A DNA stretch of 57,227 nt, filler included, from Bipalium vagum (GCA_037834085.1; 3 parts of 3 records of this genome joined end to end with filler, not necessarily neighbours in it), one strand, 5' to 3'; counted from the whole stretch's first letter, positions 1-13,084 are shown. Notes: a model not told the origin generated them from the sequence alone. Program-made: numbers and translations.

Positions 1-189
1 GAAAACTAGAAATTATTTAAAAGTCAAAAGCCATACACCAATAGTGTTGCGAGCTAATGTCGTGTACCAATTTACATATCATTGATGTAATAATCTATAA
101 ATAGGAGAGACACAACGTCATCTCAGAATACGCATTAGCGAGCATTCACAACCAAGCAGAACAAGCAGGGTACTGGATTATTCATTAAT

Positions 190-711
190 CTGCGGTGAAT
201 AAAAAAGCAAAGATAAAGAGAACAAATTCAGAATAATTATGGGAAACTTTGATAATAATGATGAACAAAAGATCTGTGAATCCTTATTAATCATAAAAAG
301 GCAACCAAATATTAACATCTAAACAGGAGAGAGTAAGAACCAATGAATCCTTCTCCTCCTCCTTCCATTCATCTAAAAGTAAACTTCTGAAGTTTTCCAG
401 TTTGTCATCGTTGTCCTCAAGAGCACGTGAAGCTGCTTTAGTACCATTTATATAAAACGGATATGGTTGGGTACCACTCCCAGATAAAATTCTAAATAAA
501 ATAAATTTACCGACCTTTGCTGTGTAAGTTTGTTGGAAAATGATTGCAGGCATGTCAGAAAACTGAGATTGGGGAAAATAGCACGAACCGTTCTTCATTA
601 TGTAATATTTCTTCAATTGAAGCTGTCTGCACCACAGCGTAAATTAACGACCGAATTTGCATGAGTGCTCCAAACGAATAAGCAAAATATGAGAAACGAA
701 TAACAGGACAT
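190..711 (-). pseudogene. Pseudogene paralog of the secreted protein at 7121-7951
   Basis: ATG at 711 gives MSCYSFLIFCLFVWSTHANSVVNLRCGADSFN* (signal peptide-like). A frameshift leads into ORF 287-616 (KKYYIMKNGSCYFP...LFRILSGSG...ENFRSLLLDEW), which aligns by eye with 7121-7951. An internal deletion and further stops follow. The 3' end is approximate. Confidence 0.8.
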
Positions 712-1769
712 GTGCTCTGAAGGGAATCTAAAAATAAAAATAATTTTATGAAAGCATATTTAAAATAGTTACCATATTATAATTGGTTGAAAGGGATGGA
801 CCATAAAATGAGGTTAGAATATTTTTATTTTCGTTTCAGTGCATATTTCCTTAATTATTAAAATAAATAATAAAAATAAATATTAAATATTAAAACACGT
901 TGACGCAGCAGGGGACTATAATGGTCCTGGTGAATCTTTCTTCTTCTAATTCCACTTTACATTTACATAAATCAGCCAGATAAAAAAGTATTTTAAATTT
1001 TCAAACTTGTTTTTGTAATGAAAAATTAAAGGGAATTTTTTTCTAACAATATTGAATCACAGTCAGTATAATGTGTCGTTCAATCTTCCAAACTTTTATC
1101 TATATAATCATAGGCAAATTTATCATGTTTTTCATTGTTTTTGCCAAAATTTATTGTATTCATATAACATATTTCTATCGAAAGATAGTGATTTGTTTTG
1201 AATTCTCATCGGATTGTTGGCATTCGTTAAACTGTTTTCTCATCCTCTGCGTCCGTGGCCTCGTTCTCCGATAATTTCTGCTAAATCAAAATATTAAAGA
1301 CATATTTATGCGGGACTCAGCACAACGGCTTAATTTTGAGATTAAATCGGTCTCTACTCTTCTCTGCGGTACATATCCGACAGAGAAGCAGTAGGATAAA
1401 AAGGTCTAAAGGAGTAACAACCGTATCAATACAAATTTCGTTCCTAACTTTATCTCGCTAACCAAAAATCTTTTTTTCCTAACTCGGTCTTAGTCATAAG
1501 AATAATAATGATCACAGGCATACTGACAAAGACATAAAACATAGATATAAATAGCAAAAGAAAGTTTTTTTTTAAATATACATAAATTATAATACAGATA
1601 TATGAGGTGCATCAGGAACCATCATTGGGTCTGTCTGGTTGTTGGGGTTGGCTTTGCGATGTGATTGAGATAGATGTAACACCATGAGCTGCAGTAACAT
1701 CTTTACCAAATTCTGTACAATATTATTTATTATTATATTATATTATTATATTGAAACTAACTTCTTGAA

Positions 1770-2230
1770 TTTCTCGGCATTTTAAACTATTTCAATATTT
1801 GTCTTCTTATATATTTCAACATTATCTAATGTTTTCCATAGAAAGCTTTGTTTAACAATTTAAAAATATACTACCGACCTAAGCTTTATTTCACTTTGCC
1901 TCTGCTCTTTTCTCAATATTAAAATCTATGTACGTTTTTAAACAATTTTTTATGAAACCTTTCTTCCGAATCTTTATTGATTTTGTTTCCAACTCTAAAT
2001 ACCAACATAAACTTCTTCCTTCAAATACATAATCATATTTTTTTTTATTCACAATTAACTTCTCATTTGGTTTTTATATTTTTATCTATTATTTTTTATA
2101 ATATTTTGATAATCTGAAAATTCATTTCCAATAGGTAAACCTTTCTCAATTTACGCAAATTTCAGTAGTATTTTGTTTTATCTTTTTTTTCTTTTGAATA
2201 TTCCAAATACGCTTTAATTCTTTAGACTTG
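1770..2230 (-). mobile_element. Polinton/Maverick protein-primed DNA polymerase B fragment (decayed)
   Basis: Minus-strand pieces KPNEKLIVN, LCWYLELE, KTYIDFNIEKRAEAK and motif B KLLNKAFYGK (about 1833-1862); several frameshifts. Confidence 0.8.
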
Positions 2231-2742
2231 TCTTCTGATTTCTTTTATTCTTTTATTCTGATGGTAAATTATATTTCTTTTATTTATTCTTTTTAATTTC
2301 CCTGAAAATATAAAGAAAATAAAAGAAATTTAATAATAAGAAATAATAAATAATAATAGGTCATAAAAATATTGCTACTTTTAGTTAAAGACATTTTCAA
2401 AATTTGTGCATATTTTCATAAGCTCTCGAATCATAAATATGAAATTTAACATTTCACTTGACATGTAGATAGCAATATTGTCTCTCTTGAGGAAGGCGTC
2501 ACCAGTGTTAAAAACAATAAGGAAACTCTTAAATTCAATATAGTTATTAAATTAATTAAAGTAATTCCACGATGTGGAAGTCTTAAAATCTCAGGTCTTG
2601 AGTTTCCTCATTGTTTTTCTACTAATTATCATATTATCAGTAGTCATTTATTGAATCAATATATATTGAAAAATATATATATAATATATAAAGCTTTAAT
2701 TTCTCATAGTAAATCTAAACTTCATAAAGATAAGTCATTTAA

Positions 2743-2983
2743 CCTTTTCGCTGCGCAATTCGTTTTGAGATTTTGTGCCTGCTGTGCGCATTTATTTTGG
2801 TAGCCTTAAATTAGTATTAAACAGCAAAAATAATCGTATAGAGCAGAAAACATGAATAATACATAGTAAACATAGTCGTATTGAGCAGCTAACTAATTTA
2901 AAACTAAGCGCGAAAATATTCGTCGGGAGCGTATGATACACAAGTTTTTTTTGCGAATATATACGTGTGGAGCAGCGAAAGGG
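2743..2983. mobile_element. piggyBac-type MITE (241 bp)
   Basis: TTAA at 2739-2742 and 2984-2987 flank the TIRs CCTTTTCGCTGC and GCAGCGAAAGGG (1 mismatch); no ORF. Confidence 0.85.
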
Positions 2984-2989
2984 TTAATA

Positions 2990-4545
2990 ATTATAAATTT
3001 TAATGAATTACCAAAGAAGTAGTAAATGAAATCATGTTAAACAATGTAAATTCTAAATTTAAAATGATGCATAAAAGATATGGTTATAGTGAACAAAAAA
3101 TTTTAAAAATTAAATTAGAACAATTTTAAAAAATTAATGAAACTAATATATTTCATATTAAGGGAGAACGAATAGATATAATTAATAAATATTTTGAAAA
3201 GCAACAAAAAAATTGATATCAAAATATTATCTAATGTAATTATTTTAATCCAATTAATAATGAAGAAATAAAATATAGATTTTATTCTCAACCAACTAGA
3301 GTAATATATAGAAATGAAATTTGAAATTCGATATTATTTAATTTTGAGATTAAATACCTTTATTAATGGAAAAGAATTACACAGATCTCAATAGGAATTT
3401 TAATTAAATAATTTATTACAATTAGATTTGTTTAATTATCAATCATTAGTAGGCTCTCATATATAAAATTACAATTTACATCTTCATATTCTGTAAATAT
3501 TAAAAATAATGATGATAATTTTTTTTATATTCCATTAAAGCTTATCTACATAAATCACAAGATCATTCAAAAAGATTAAATAATTATACTCCCTTTAAAA
3601 ATGAATAAAATACCCGAGATAATAATTATCCAATGAAAATTCAAGATTATACAAAATTTAATGAACAAAATAATACTAGTGTTAATTTTTTAGAAGTAGA
3701 TGATAATCAAAATATACTACCCATCCATTTTGAACATTTTAATGCAAATCCTTTAATAAAGATAGAAAATGATAGTTATTACTATATAAAAATCTTTACA
3801 TTTATGTAGAAATACGAATAGATTTGCCAATATCAAATCCAGCAAGGCTTTATATAATAAAATGTTTAAATTCATATTACTCAGAACATTTATTAAATAA
3901 ACATCAATTTATGTCAAGAGTTTAAAGAAGCTAAAGCTATATATCATTTTGAAGATTATTATGAATATGAAAATTACTATTTTAGAAATAAAATTACATT
4001 TTTTATATGGTGATTTTTAAACATTTAATAAAACACTAAATGTGGAAATCAATCAAATAACTTTATCATTAGGAATTTATTTAAAAAGTAGTTATCCAGA
4101 ATTAGTTTAATCAAAATATTATGAATTCTATTGGGTAAATACAATAAAGGATTTCATAACACTTTAGTTGATAATAATCAATACTTTACCATTATCTTAA
4201 AATTATCAAATAAATCAATTATTATAAATAAAGAAAATGAAATAAATTTTATTAATTTAACCACCTGTGTATATTGTAATAAAATATTAAGAGATACAAC
4301 GAAGTTGCCTTAACAAAGTAAGGACAATAAAGTTGCTAACTACGATCATCTAAATGGAAATTATAGAGTAGCACATTATTCATGTAGTACAAATGAGAGA
4401 TCATTAAAATATTTCTTAATACCATTTTATTTTTATAATGGATCAAAGTTTGATTTTATTTTATATTTTAAAGATATATTAGCAAAATATCCAAATTAAA
4501 AATTAAAAATAGCTCCACACACATATGAAGAATATACAAAAATAT
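2990..4545 (+). mobile_element. Polinton pPolB N-terminal region with endonuclease-VII-like insert and exonuclease start (decayed)
   Basis: Pieces VNIKNNDDNFFLYSIKAYLH, YPMKIQDYTKFNEQNNTSVN, GDF*, TTCVYCNK, YDHLNGNYRVAHYSC and IPFYFYNGSKFDF, in the order expected for Polinton/adintovirus pPolB; many stops and frameshifts. Confidence 0.8.
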
Positions 4546-4924
4546 GAGGCTTACACAACAAAAAATTTTTATAAAAATGTTTAAATTGGTCAACATTTAT
4601 TACATTTTTAATATTTAAGCTATTGCACGTAATATATATGTAATTTGATGTTTTTGTTCTGTTTGTTTTAATAATTCAAGTTATAAATAAAATGACTAAG
4701 ACACATTTAAATGTCGAAATAAAAAATCGGATATGTGGCCTTTGTTACACAATCTTTGTTACACAAAAAATGCAGAATATTTTGAAGAAACATGATATTC
4801 AAATTCCATTATCCACAATACAAAGAATATTATTGGTAACATTTTGTTATTTGAGGAAAAATTCAAAAAATATTATTAAAAATTAAATAGAATTATTTTA
4901 TTAAAAACCCATTTCACTCTATTT

Positions 4925-5760
4925 TAGAGTTATTTTTTGCAATTCATTCTCGTAAAATCTTCCAAGAATCGTTTTTCCCTTTTTATTTATAATATCATAA
5001 ATTACTGGATGTGTAAAATAAATCTTATACATAGATATTTCTTTTGTCTACTTTGCTGTTTATCTTTTTCAAATTAAATTTTATATTTAAAAATTCTTGC
5101 ATGGTCACCAATATGATATTTTTGTTTTAAGGTTAAAGTATTCATTATTATTATTTAATAACTTTGTGGATCGATAGAAGACCTTGACAGCTTTGCTGGA
5201 TGTTTAGATGCTTCTTCAGGAGTAATTCCAATCATTCTATGAATTATATTAAATTTTTATTAAATTTGATAATACGTTAAACCATTTTCTGTTACCTTGT
5301 TCCGTAAATTTTATAAACATATTATTCTTCAAAGTTTTATTAAATTTTATATTACAACCGCTTTTCTCTTTTCCTCTGTTGAATAAATTTCTATTTTATT
5401 ATCAGCGCAAAAATCTTCAAATGTTTTAAGATTTTTCTTTTTTATTTTTTAAAGGAACAAGAGCATATCTTGTATATAAATCAATTACTGTTAAAATTAT
5501 TTTATATTCCCTTTCTCCTGGTACAAAGATTATATCTGAACACCAAATATCATCTTTATTAGTAACTATGACTTTTAAAAATTGTTTAGGTTTATTAGAT
5601 TCTTTATGAACTTTATTCACGAATTTTGTTTTATTTTATGGTTTTAATTCTTATATGCCTCTAAAAAGTTTTCATTTGCAATATTTTGGCAGATCTTAGT
5701 AGATCTAATCCGAAGGCCTCTTTTCCTTTCAGATTTAATTTTATTATGATTCTTTCTAAT
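4925..5760 (-). mobile_element. Polinton retroviral-like (rve/DDE) integrase (decayed)
   Basis: ORF 5426-5620: DDIWCSDII...YKIILTVIDLYTRYA. Downstream: HRMIGITP, KYHIGDHARIFKYK, GKTILGRFYENELQK. Confidence 0.85.
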
Positions 5761-6049
5761 GTCTCTTTTGATATTAGATTTTGAATATTGTTCATTTCAT
5801 GTATCATTCAACATCAGCAACATATCGATCTTTTAAATCTTTTGAAATATATTTTACATCATTTTTATTGCAGCTTCATCAAATCTATTTATTGAAATGG
5901 ATTTGAGTTTCGCAATTAGATTCATATCTAGTTTTCTAGTTTCATTGTAATGTTCTATTATTTCATTATAGTTTTCAGGCACCTCAACTATAGTAAATCC
6001 CTTATTCCATATTTGAAAATATTTATCCCTTAACTTTAAAATCTAAAAT

Positions 6050-6246
6050 TAATATTGGAGATTATGTAAGAATTTTTAAATATAAAAATAAATTTGAAAA
6101 AAGATACACATCAATTTTGAGAAATGAAATTTTTATTATAAATGAAATTTATTATACTAACCCAGTCGTTTATGGAATTATTGATTTAAAATGGGAAAAA
6201 TATTATGGAACTTTTATATAAATGAGCTTCAAAGAACTAGTTTTAA
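6050..6246 (+). mobile_element. Second Polinton integrase, C-terminal fragment
   Basis: DYVRIFKYKNKFEKRYT...TNPVVYGIIDLKWEKYYGTF..NELQRTSF*, homologous to the C-terminus at about 4925-5120. Confidence 0.8.
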
Positions 6247-6919
6247 AGGATCTTTTTTCAATACCAAACATTAACCAGAAATAATATTTGTGCTTCGAAT
6301 TTTGAAATTCTATCTGATAGAGATTTCTTTCCTCTATATGACTTTAAAAACGATTTGAAAAATATTCTTTCTATAGAGCTTTGCTAATATTAAAAGAATT
6401 CCTAAAGGATTCCCATAAAATTCCGGAAATTAATATTCCTGTTGTAAATTTTTCTAACAATTAATTATTTGTAATCGCAGAAGATCTCTATAATTTCTTT
6501 TAAAAAGTTTGGTAATTTTTCGTGAAATTTTTTATTTTGGAAGCTTTACTTCAGAGAACGTAGTTTGTATTTTCATTTTTATCAGTTATTGTTTTTGTCG
6601 TGGTTTTTGTTGATTTTCCGTTAAATCGTTGTTTATTTTTTCATTTATGTTTCATTTTCAAGATGAAATAGTTTGTAGAAATATTATTTTTCACAAAATT
6701 CACAATAATATTTATTACCATTTTGTAATTTTTTTTTATTTTATGAAAATTTTTAATATTTTCTCTTTTTCATTATTTTAAAATTCTTTTTATTATTATT
6801 ATTTTAGTAGAAGGTTTATTTCTAACTTATTTCAGATGAAAAGACAATGTTGGTATACTTTGAAACTCAGACTTTTAGAAGAAGAAACATTCACTTTTGA
6901 TAATAATAGTTATTATTAT

Positions 6920-6921
6920 TG

Positions 6922-6968
<47 letters not shown>
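6920..6968. repeat. (ATT)n microsatellite
   Basis: Tandem ATT. Similar tracts at about 17219-17245, 19665-19697, 23109-23140 and 24272-24312. Confidence 0.9.
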
Positions 6969-6969
<1 letters not shown>

Positions 6970-7120
6970 ATGTATTTGCCAGATACAAGGATAATAATAA
7001 TCACTAAAGCTGGATTGGAATGTTCCAAAACTGAGTTAACCAATCAACATCGAATATATACACAGTAGCAGTCACTGTTGTCATTATTCTATTTATTTTA
7101 ACATAACGCAAGATCTGATT

Positions 7121-7951
7121 ATGCTTGGCACTTGTCGTTTATTTATATTTAGTTTTTTCGTGTTATTCATTCATGCTGACAGCTTTGCAAAACTGCGCTG
7201 TAGTTCCGATTGTTTTCGTAACCATAGACAATATTTCGTTATGAAAAATGGTTTCTGCTATTTACCCAGATCTAATTCATCTCGAATTCACGAATTGGTT
7301 GCAAAGAAATCTTACAAAGCAAAGTCCGGTAGTTTTGTTTTATTTAGAATTTTATCTGGAAGCGGAATCCATCCGTATTTGTTTTATAAGAATGGTACAG
7401 GAGGCACATGGAGCACAGTCTTGCCAATGAATAGAAACTTTGAGAACTTTAGAAGTGTGCTCTTGGATGAATGGGGTAAGATTAGACCAAAGTCCATGAG
7501 TTTGACTGTGAGAGATTACAGTGATAATGTTGTGGTAAGTTTGGTCTTTGATGTGAAGACGTCTGATAACTTGTGGTCGTGGTTCACCATTGGTAATTTA
7601 AATAATTCATTTCCCTGGAATGTTACCTATTTACAAAAACTAAAGTTTCGCTATTTTAGTATTGAGGGTAGACAAGTACCTGCTGAGACAAAAACAGAAA
7701 ACTCGAGATCTTTTTATATAAATATTTTCAATGTGAATTGCGCTACAGATATTGGAATTTTTTTCATAGGATATTTTAGAGATAAGTGCGATTATTCCAA
7801 TTTATGGCCGAATAAAACCGCTTACATTTTCCCTCAAATTTTGTATGTCAATGTCGATGGTCAAGGAGGACTGTGGATAAAAAATACAAAGGCGGCAAAG
7901 TCAATGGAGATCGTTGGGATGTACGATAGCACCATCACTGTCTACTCTTAG
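7121..7951 (+). CDS. Intronless secreted protein, 276 aa, uncharacterised invertebrate domain
   Basis: Long intact ORF in an AT-rich background; hydrophobic N-terminus (LFIFSFFVLFIHA); Cys pairs; several N-x-S/T sequons; motifs SWF..NL..S.PW, YFSIEG, RSFYIN...C..DIG, PQILY. Confidence 0.85.
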   Translation: MLGTCRLFIFSFFVLFIHADSFAKLRCSSDCFRNHRQYFVMKNGFCYLPRSNSSRIHELVAKKSYKAKSGSFVLFRILSGSGIHPYLFYKNGTGGTWSTVLPMNRNFENFRSVLLDEWGKIRPKSMSLTVRDYSDNVVVSLVFDVKTSDNLWSWFTIGNLNNSFPWNVTYLQKLKFRYFSIEGRQVPAETKTENSRSFYINIFNVNCATDIGIFFIGYFRDKCDYSNLWPNKTAYIFPQILYVNVDGQGGLWIKNTKAAKSMEIVGMYDSTITVYS

Positions 7952-9574
7952 ACCTTTACTGTTCCTCATTACATTTTTCTCTTTCTATGGTAACCATTGT
8001 CAATGTTTCCTCATCTAAAAGATTTGCTTAGTTTCATTTTACATTAACTTTAATTTCTTTATTGATCTATTCTTTATTTTTAGTTGTCCCACTTTATTTT
8101 ATTTTGTTTGGATCATGAATAATATTTAATAATTTATTTCGTTCTTATTTATATTGATTTTATTTATATTTACGATGGCCATGGTTCCTTTTTTTATATA
8201 TTATTTATATATTTTTATTTATTTTTATAAATATTTTCTTCCATATTTCTCAGTGTTACCACTCATTATGAAATGGAAGAGTGACCGAATAAAGATTTAA
8301 CCATTTATTTTTATTAAACATTCATTCCTGGTTGCAAATAACGTATTGAACACATTTTTGACTCTTCGTGCATGATAATTATTTAATGTGTTTACAAAGA
8401 CAATAAAAAAAGTTAATTCATAAAGTATATCTGAGTAGAAAGACCCAAAGTAACGAAAAACAATGAAGGTGAAACTGAGTACATTTTCGCGACACCGATA
8501 ACCGGGAGGAATAGTCTAGGATCCATGCAGATCCAAATTTGATCCTGATAAAAACCTATAGACTTATTTTTAAAAACGAATTATATATACTCTGTGTCAT
8601 TGACTTTCCATATTCTCATTCTATATTGTGCATCAACATTGCTCTAAAACGTTCATAGAGTTCAAAATAATCTTGGAACTCTTTTATTCAGACAAAAATA
8701 ATCTTATTTTTGAGGCTTTACTGAAAAGCAGTTCTCCTTTATATAGAGATTTGGCCTACGACCACCAATATCTATTCTCAGAAACCTTTTTCTTAAAAAA
8801 TAAAATCAATAAGTTTTCTTTAAAAATTTCAGATAATGTTCAAGTGATACTGCCTGCAGTTTTCAGAGCGCTTTGCTTTTCACATGAATATATTATGTTT
8901 ATAATAAATAAATAAATTGTATTCAATTAGCAAAATATTATTTATATCTCTTGAAATTTAATTTCTTCTTGTATTTCTTGTTATAATTCCATTTTTATAA
9001 CCCGGAAAATGATAATTTATAGAATTTCCATCATATACCCTCAACCAGTGTTACCATAACCACGGTCACGACCAAAACAATGGAGAAGAATGTATATCTT
9101 TCTTTGCTGCCTGTTTCTGGAATCCTTCTGCGAAAAATGTGAAATAATTTTATAAAATTATTTCTTGTAAATTTTATTTAGAGAAAAATGTTATTTATTT
9201 ATATCAAATATTTCTCCAATAAAAATTTTAATCATTTTTTTAATATTATTATTTTTTATTAAATATTCATTATTTTTCTATTATTATTCATTAAATTCGT
9301 AATAAAAATATTGTTTATTTACACAAAATGAGTTTTGGATGAAATGAAAATATTCCAGCATAAAAAATTGGACTGGTGAATTTCTGAAAAATGGAAATCG
9401 GAGAAAAGGAACGAAATAATAAAAGTAGTTATATTCATCGGAAAATGTTATCCGTCCATTTCGCTCAATATTCTCAATATTCAAAGGTAAAACTGATACT
9501 TTCTGAAAGGTATTTTCATGATTACTTTATTCGATTTTAAGATATCTCTTTTTTCTCAAGTATAACAGTGGTGA

Positions 9575-10855
9575 TTTAAGGACAAAGAATCGAATGCTTA
9601 TTAGATACTGGACCAACGTTATGAGTAGGAACATTTTGAATTATCAAGCTTAAAGACGTGTACGTAATGAGTAATGATGACAGATTAAGGTTTGCGAACA
9701 ATGGCCAATTGGAAATAGTGGGGAAATGCTCAATTCTAGTGAGGTTAGCAAATGAGTCAAAACTGGTGACCTTCACAATAGTAGAGTATTTAATCGGCGA
9801 AGTAAATCTCCAGAAAGTTATAGGAGTTCGATTAGTTAAAGTAAATTCCAGGTAGATCAAAACTGGTGGAAAGGAAAAGAGAAAATTCATAAATGAAGTC
9901 AAGGAAGATGAGCTATTTAAGAGAATAGCAGAGCTAACTGGAGTGACAAGCAATAGGTGGCTGGTACAGATAATAAAAGATAATGAGGATGTTTTCACGA
10001 CAAACAAGTGCACTCACCTAACGATACACCATATCCAAACAATAGGAGAACTGAATCTTAAGCCGCTTAGACAGCCGATGAACCTATAGGAGAAGATACC
10101 AGAGACAGTCAAGAATCTATACAACAACAATAGGATTTATAAGAAATACAATTAACTTTGGAATACGCCGTTGACTTGCGTATGAAAGAAGGAGGAAAAA
10201 AATACTTATATGTTTGGATTTTTGGAAGTTAAATGCAGTGACAGAAAGGCAAACATTCCCAATGTCAATTGTACATGAGATTTTGGACGCCTTAGGTGGG
10301 GCGAAGTATTTCATTTCCATTGATTTGGATAATGCCTACTATCGAGTAAAATTTAGACATAAAAAACAAGACTGCTTTTTTTACTATGATTAATTACTTG
10401 AAAGTCTTGATATTAAGTTCGAATACAGGAAGGGTTCAATTCATACGAACGCAGATTTGTTATCTAGACAAAGATGTGAAATATGTACTTTCTGCCAATT
10501 AGCGCATGAGGAGGTGAATAGGCGAAAGATGAAAGTCAGGATGTTGGTTGCAATATGCACAGAAAACGTTAAAGATGCAGAAAAGAACGTGATATGGTAT
10601 TTTCAAAGAGGGCTGGCACATGCTGGTACTGAGAAAGGTATATAAAAGGCCATAGTGAAATTACAAGCATCTGCAATGGTTGAGAACATTTATGTCGACA
10701 TCTGCGGTTTGTTAAATGAAATCAGAAGGAAGAAGAAATACATCCTAGGTATATTAGATCAGTAAAATAAATATATCTGTTTAACATCAGTAGAAAGGTA
10801 GGACGAAGAGACGATTAAAGATGTCAAAAAAAAGCTTTTTCAAGTTTGATAGTCC
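9575..10855 (+). mobile_element. Ty3/gypsy LTR retrotransposon pol remnant, internally deleted
   Basis: Protease LLDTG (about 9598); RT ICLDFWKLNAVT..FPM..EILDALGGAKYFISIDLDNAYY; RNase H end EYRKGSIHTNADLLSR; integrase HAGTEK and ENIYVDICG..KYILGILDQ. Order is PR-RT-RH-IN. No LTRs recognised. Confidence 0.85.
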
Positions 10856-10886
10856 CAACATACATAGAGGAAAAAGAACTGAAGGA

Positions 10887-12190
10887 ATCTGGTTGGAAAT
10901 TTATTAATATAGAAAGTATTCAAGAAGATCTTTTCTAATAACAATCATTAGTAGATTCATCTTATGTTAAACTATCTTTTCAATCAAACTATATATTAAA
11001 CATAAAAACAATGATAATAAATGTTTTATATATTCAATTTTAGCTTATTTACATTCCACTATAGATTCTAATGAAAATTTCCATCATTCTGAAAGAATGA
11101 GTAATTATACACCCTATATAAATGAATTAAATTTAAGCAATATTTTTCCTTAATGAATTTCCCATAAAAATAGATGTTAAAAGATTTAATAAACAGAATA
11201 ATATTACTGTTGATATATTTGATATAATTAATGGTCCAACAAAGCTGTCATTAGAAGCTAATAAAAGTAAAACAATACTTCCTTTGTATCAAGAACATTT
11301 TAATTGTAAACCTAATATTGATGACTGGAAGTGTAACTTATTACTATCTAAAAATCATTATTTGTTATGTAGAAACTTATTTACTAATAATACACATAGT
11401 AGTCATTTATGCTTAAAGAAATTAAATTCTTATCGCTTATAATCCTTATTAAACTAACATGTTAGATTATATTAGAGCATAAAGAGACAAAAGCAGCATT
11501 TCACCAAAAGGAATATTGTGAATATGAGAATTAGTATTTTATCAATAAAATAATATCTGTTATATATGCTAATTTTGAAACCTATAATGTTTAGCCAAAT
11601 AAATTTTGATAAATTTAATTGTGTGATTTTTTGTATTAGAATATTTTAAATTAATAATGCATGATTCTGTTTATAATTGTTTACAAAAGAAATTATCTGG
11701 AAAATATAAAAATCATTATGGAGATTATGATTCTTTATTTATTGAATTTATTTTTAGATTAGAATAAAACTAGTAAAGATATAGAAAATTAGCAATCAAA
11801 TTAAATAGGAAATGAATTATTTCAATTTAAAGATGAGAAAACAAATGAGACATTTAAACAAGCTAATTTCAATAAATCTATGCCACGTGCTTATGAAACA
11901 ATAATGAATAAAAAATTTATATTTGAAAAGAAAATGAAAAGTATTGGTAAGAAGAATATTAAAACCGATATAAATGATTATGCAAATGTTTTAAATGGAA
12001 GTATAGTAAATAAAGTAAATCATGGTACAAAATCAGATAAACGTAATATTTTAATATGTTCACAAGAAAATTCTTTGAATAATAAATTATTATTCAATTA
12101 ATTGTTGTTTGATAATAAAAGAATAAATGAAGATATTGCAATAATTACTTATTCTCGTTGACATAAAATTGATTGCAATAAATGTAAAGA
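10887..12190 (+). mobile_element. Polinton pPolB, N-terminus joined by deletion to C-terminus (decayed)
   Basis: GWKFINIESI, SSYVKL, ILNIKNNDNKCFIYSILAYLH, CNLLLSKNHYLL, VIYANFE; then KDEK, KMKSIGKK, FDNKRINED (pPolB C-terminal DxKR motif). Confidence 0.8.
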
Positions 12191-12589
12191 AGAGATGTAT
12201 TGATTGGATGAAATTAATAAACCTCATCTAGGTTAAACTAACTAGCTTTTTATTGAAAAAAATAATTATAAATCTTATCATTTAACCATATTAACAATCA
12301 TAGAAATATTTCTTAAAATAATTTTTAAAATATAAATAATATTTTTAAAATGCGTGAAATTGATTTTTTTAAATTATACAAAATTTTATATTCTGAAAAA
12401 AATATATAACAAGAAATTTCATACAAGAAATTATTATCATTTCTTAGAAATCGAATACTTTTTCCTTTGAATGAAGTGAATTAAACAAAGCCAAAATTAC
12501 ATTAATAATAATTTTTTAATTTAAAAAATGGTGAATGAAATTTCAATATCAATATAAACGAAGCTTTAAATAACAAATTCACTTATCAA

Positions 12590-13035
12590 ATAAAACTAAA
12601 GAATGTTATAAATGTTTTCAAATAAAACAATTTACAAATTTTTATTCAAAAATAAATAATTGTAATTATTGTCATCTAATCCATATTAAAATTCATAGAA
12701 ATATTCCAGAAAATAAAATATAATGATTATCATAGAAATAGAAAACAAGAAAATCCAATTTGAGAATTTAACAAAATTTATATACTATCTTAAATAGAGC
12801 TTTGAAAGAAAAAAAAAGAGTTTAAATATTCAGAAAAAATATTTCGATGTAGTTTTGATTTTCTATATGAATCGTTTCAATTTTAATTTTATGATGGAAT
12901 GACTTGGGAAATTTATGGAAAATACTGTCATAAAGATCATGCTTTACCAATGTCAATTTTTTATTTAAATAAAAATATGTATTTAAACTTTTTAATAATT
13001 GAAAAAATTTAAGACCTTTAACTGTTCAAAGTAGA
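12590..13035 (+). pseudogene. Zinc-ribbon plus HNH (endonuclease VII-like) nuclease of giant-virus/phage type, Polinton cargo
   Basis: KTKECYKCFQIKQFTNFYSKINNCNYC (C4 ribbon), NDYHRNRKQENP, IFRCSFDFLYESFQF*FYDGMTWEIYGKYCHKDHALPMS, NN*KNLRPL. This fits the recalled pattern GCs...MtWeNyG..WhiDHi.P...nw.NLqPL. Confidence 0.75.
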
Positions 13036-13084
13036 TTATTGGCAATATATGACTAAAAAATATATATTTCAAGAAATTAAAGCA

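Noticed and set aside
893-1650. Second piggyBac-like element (AACACGTTGACGC start, weak inverted match near 1610-1650)
   Set aside because: The TIR match is poor, there is no clean TTAA at both ends and no convincing transposase motif.
8560-9130. hAT-like transposase remnant
   Set aside because: No motif could be recognised with enough confidence.
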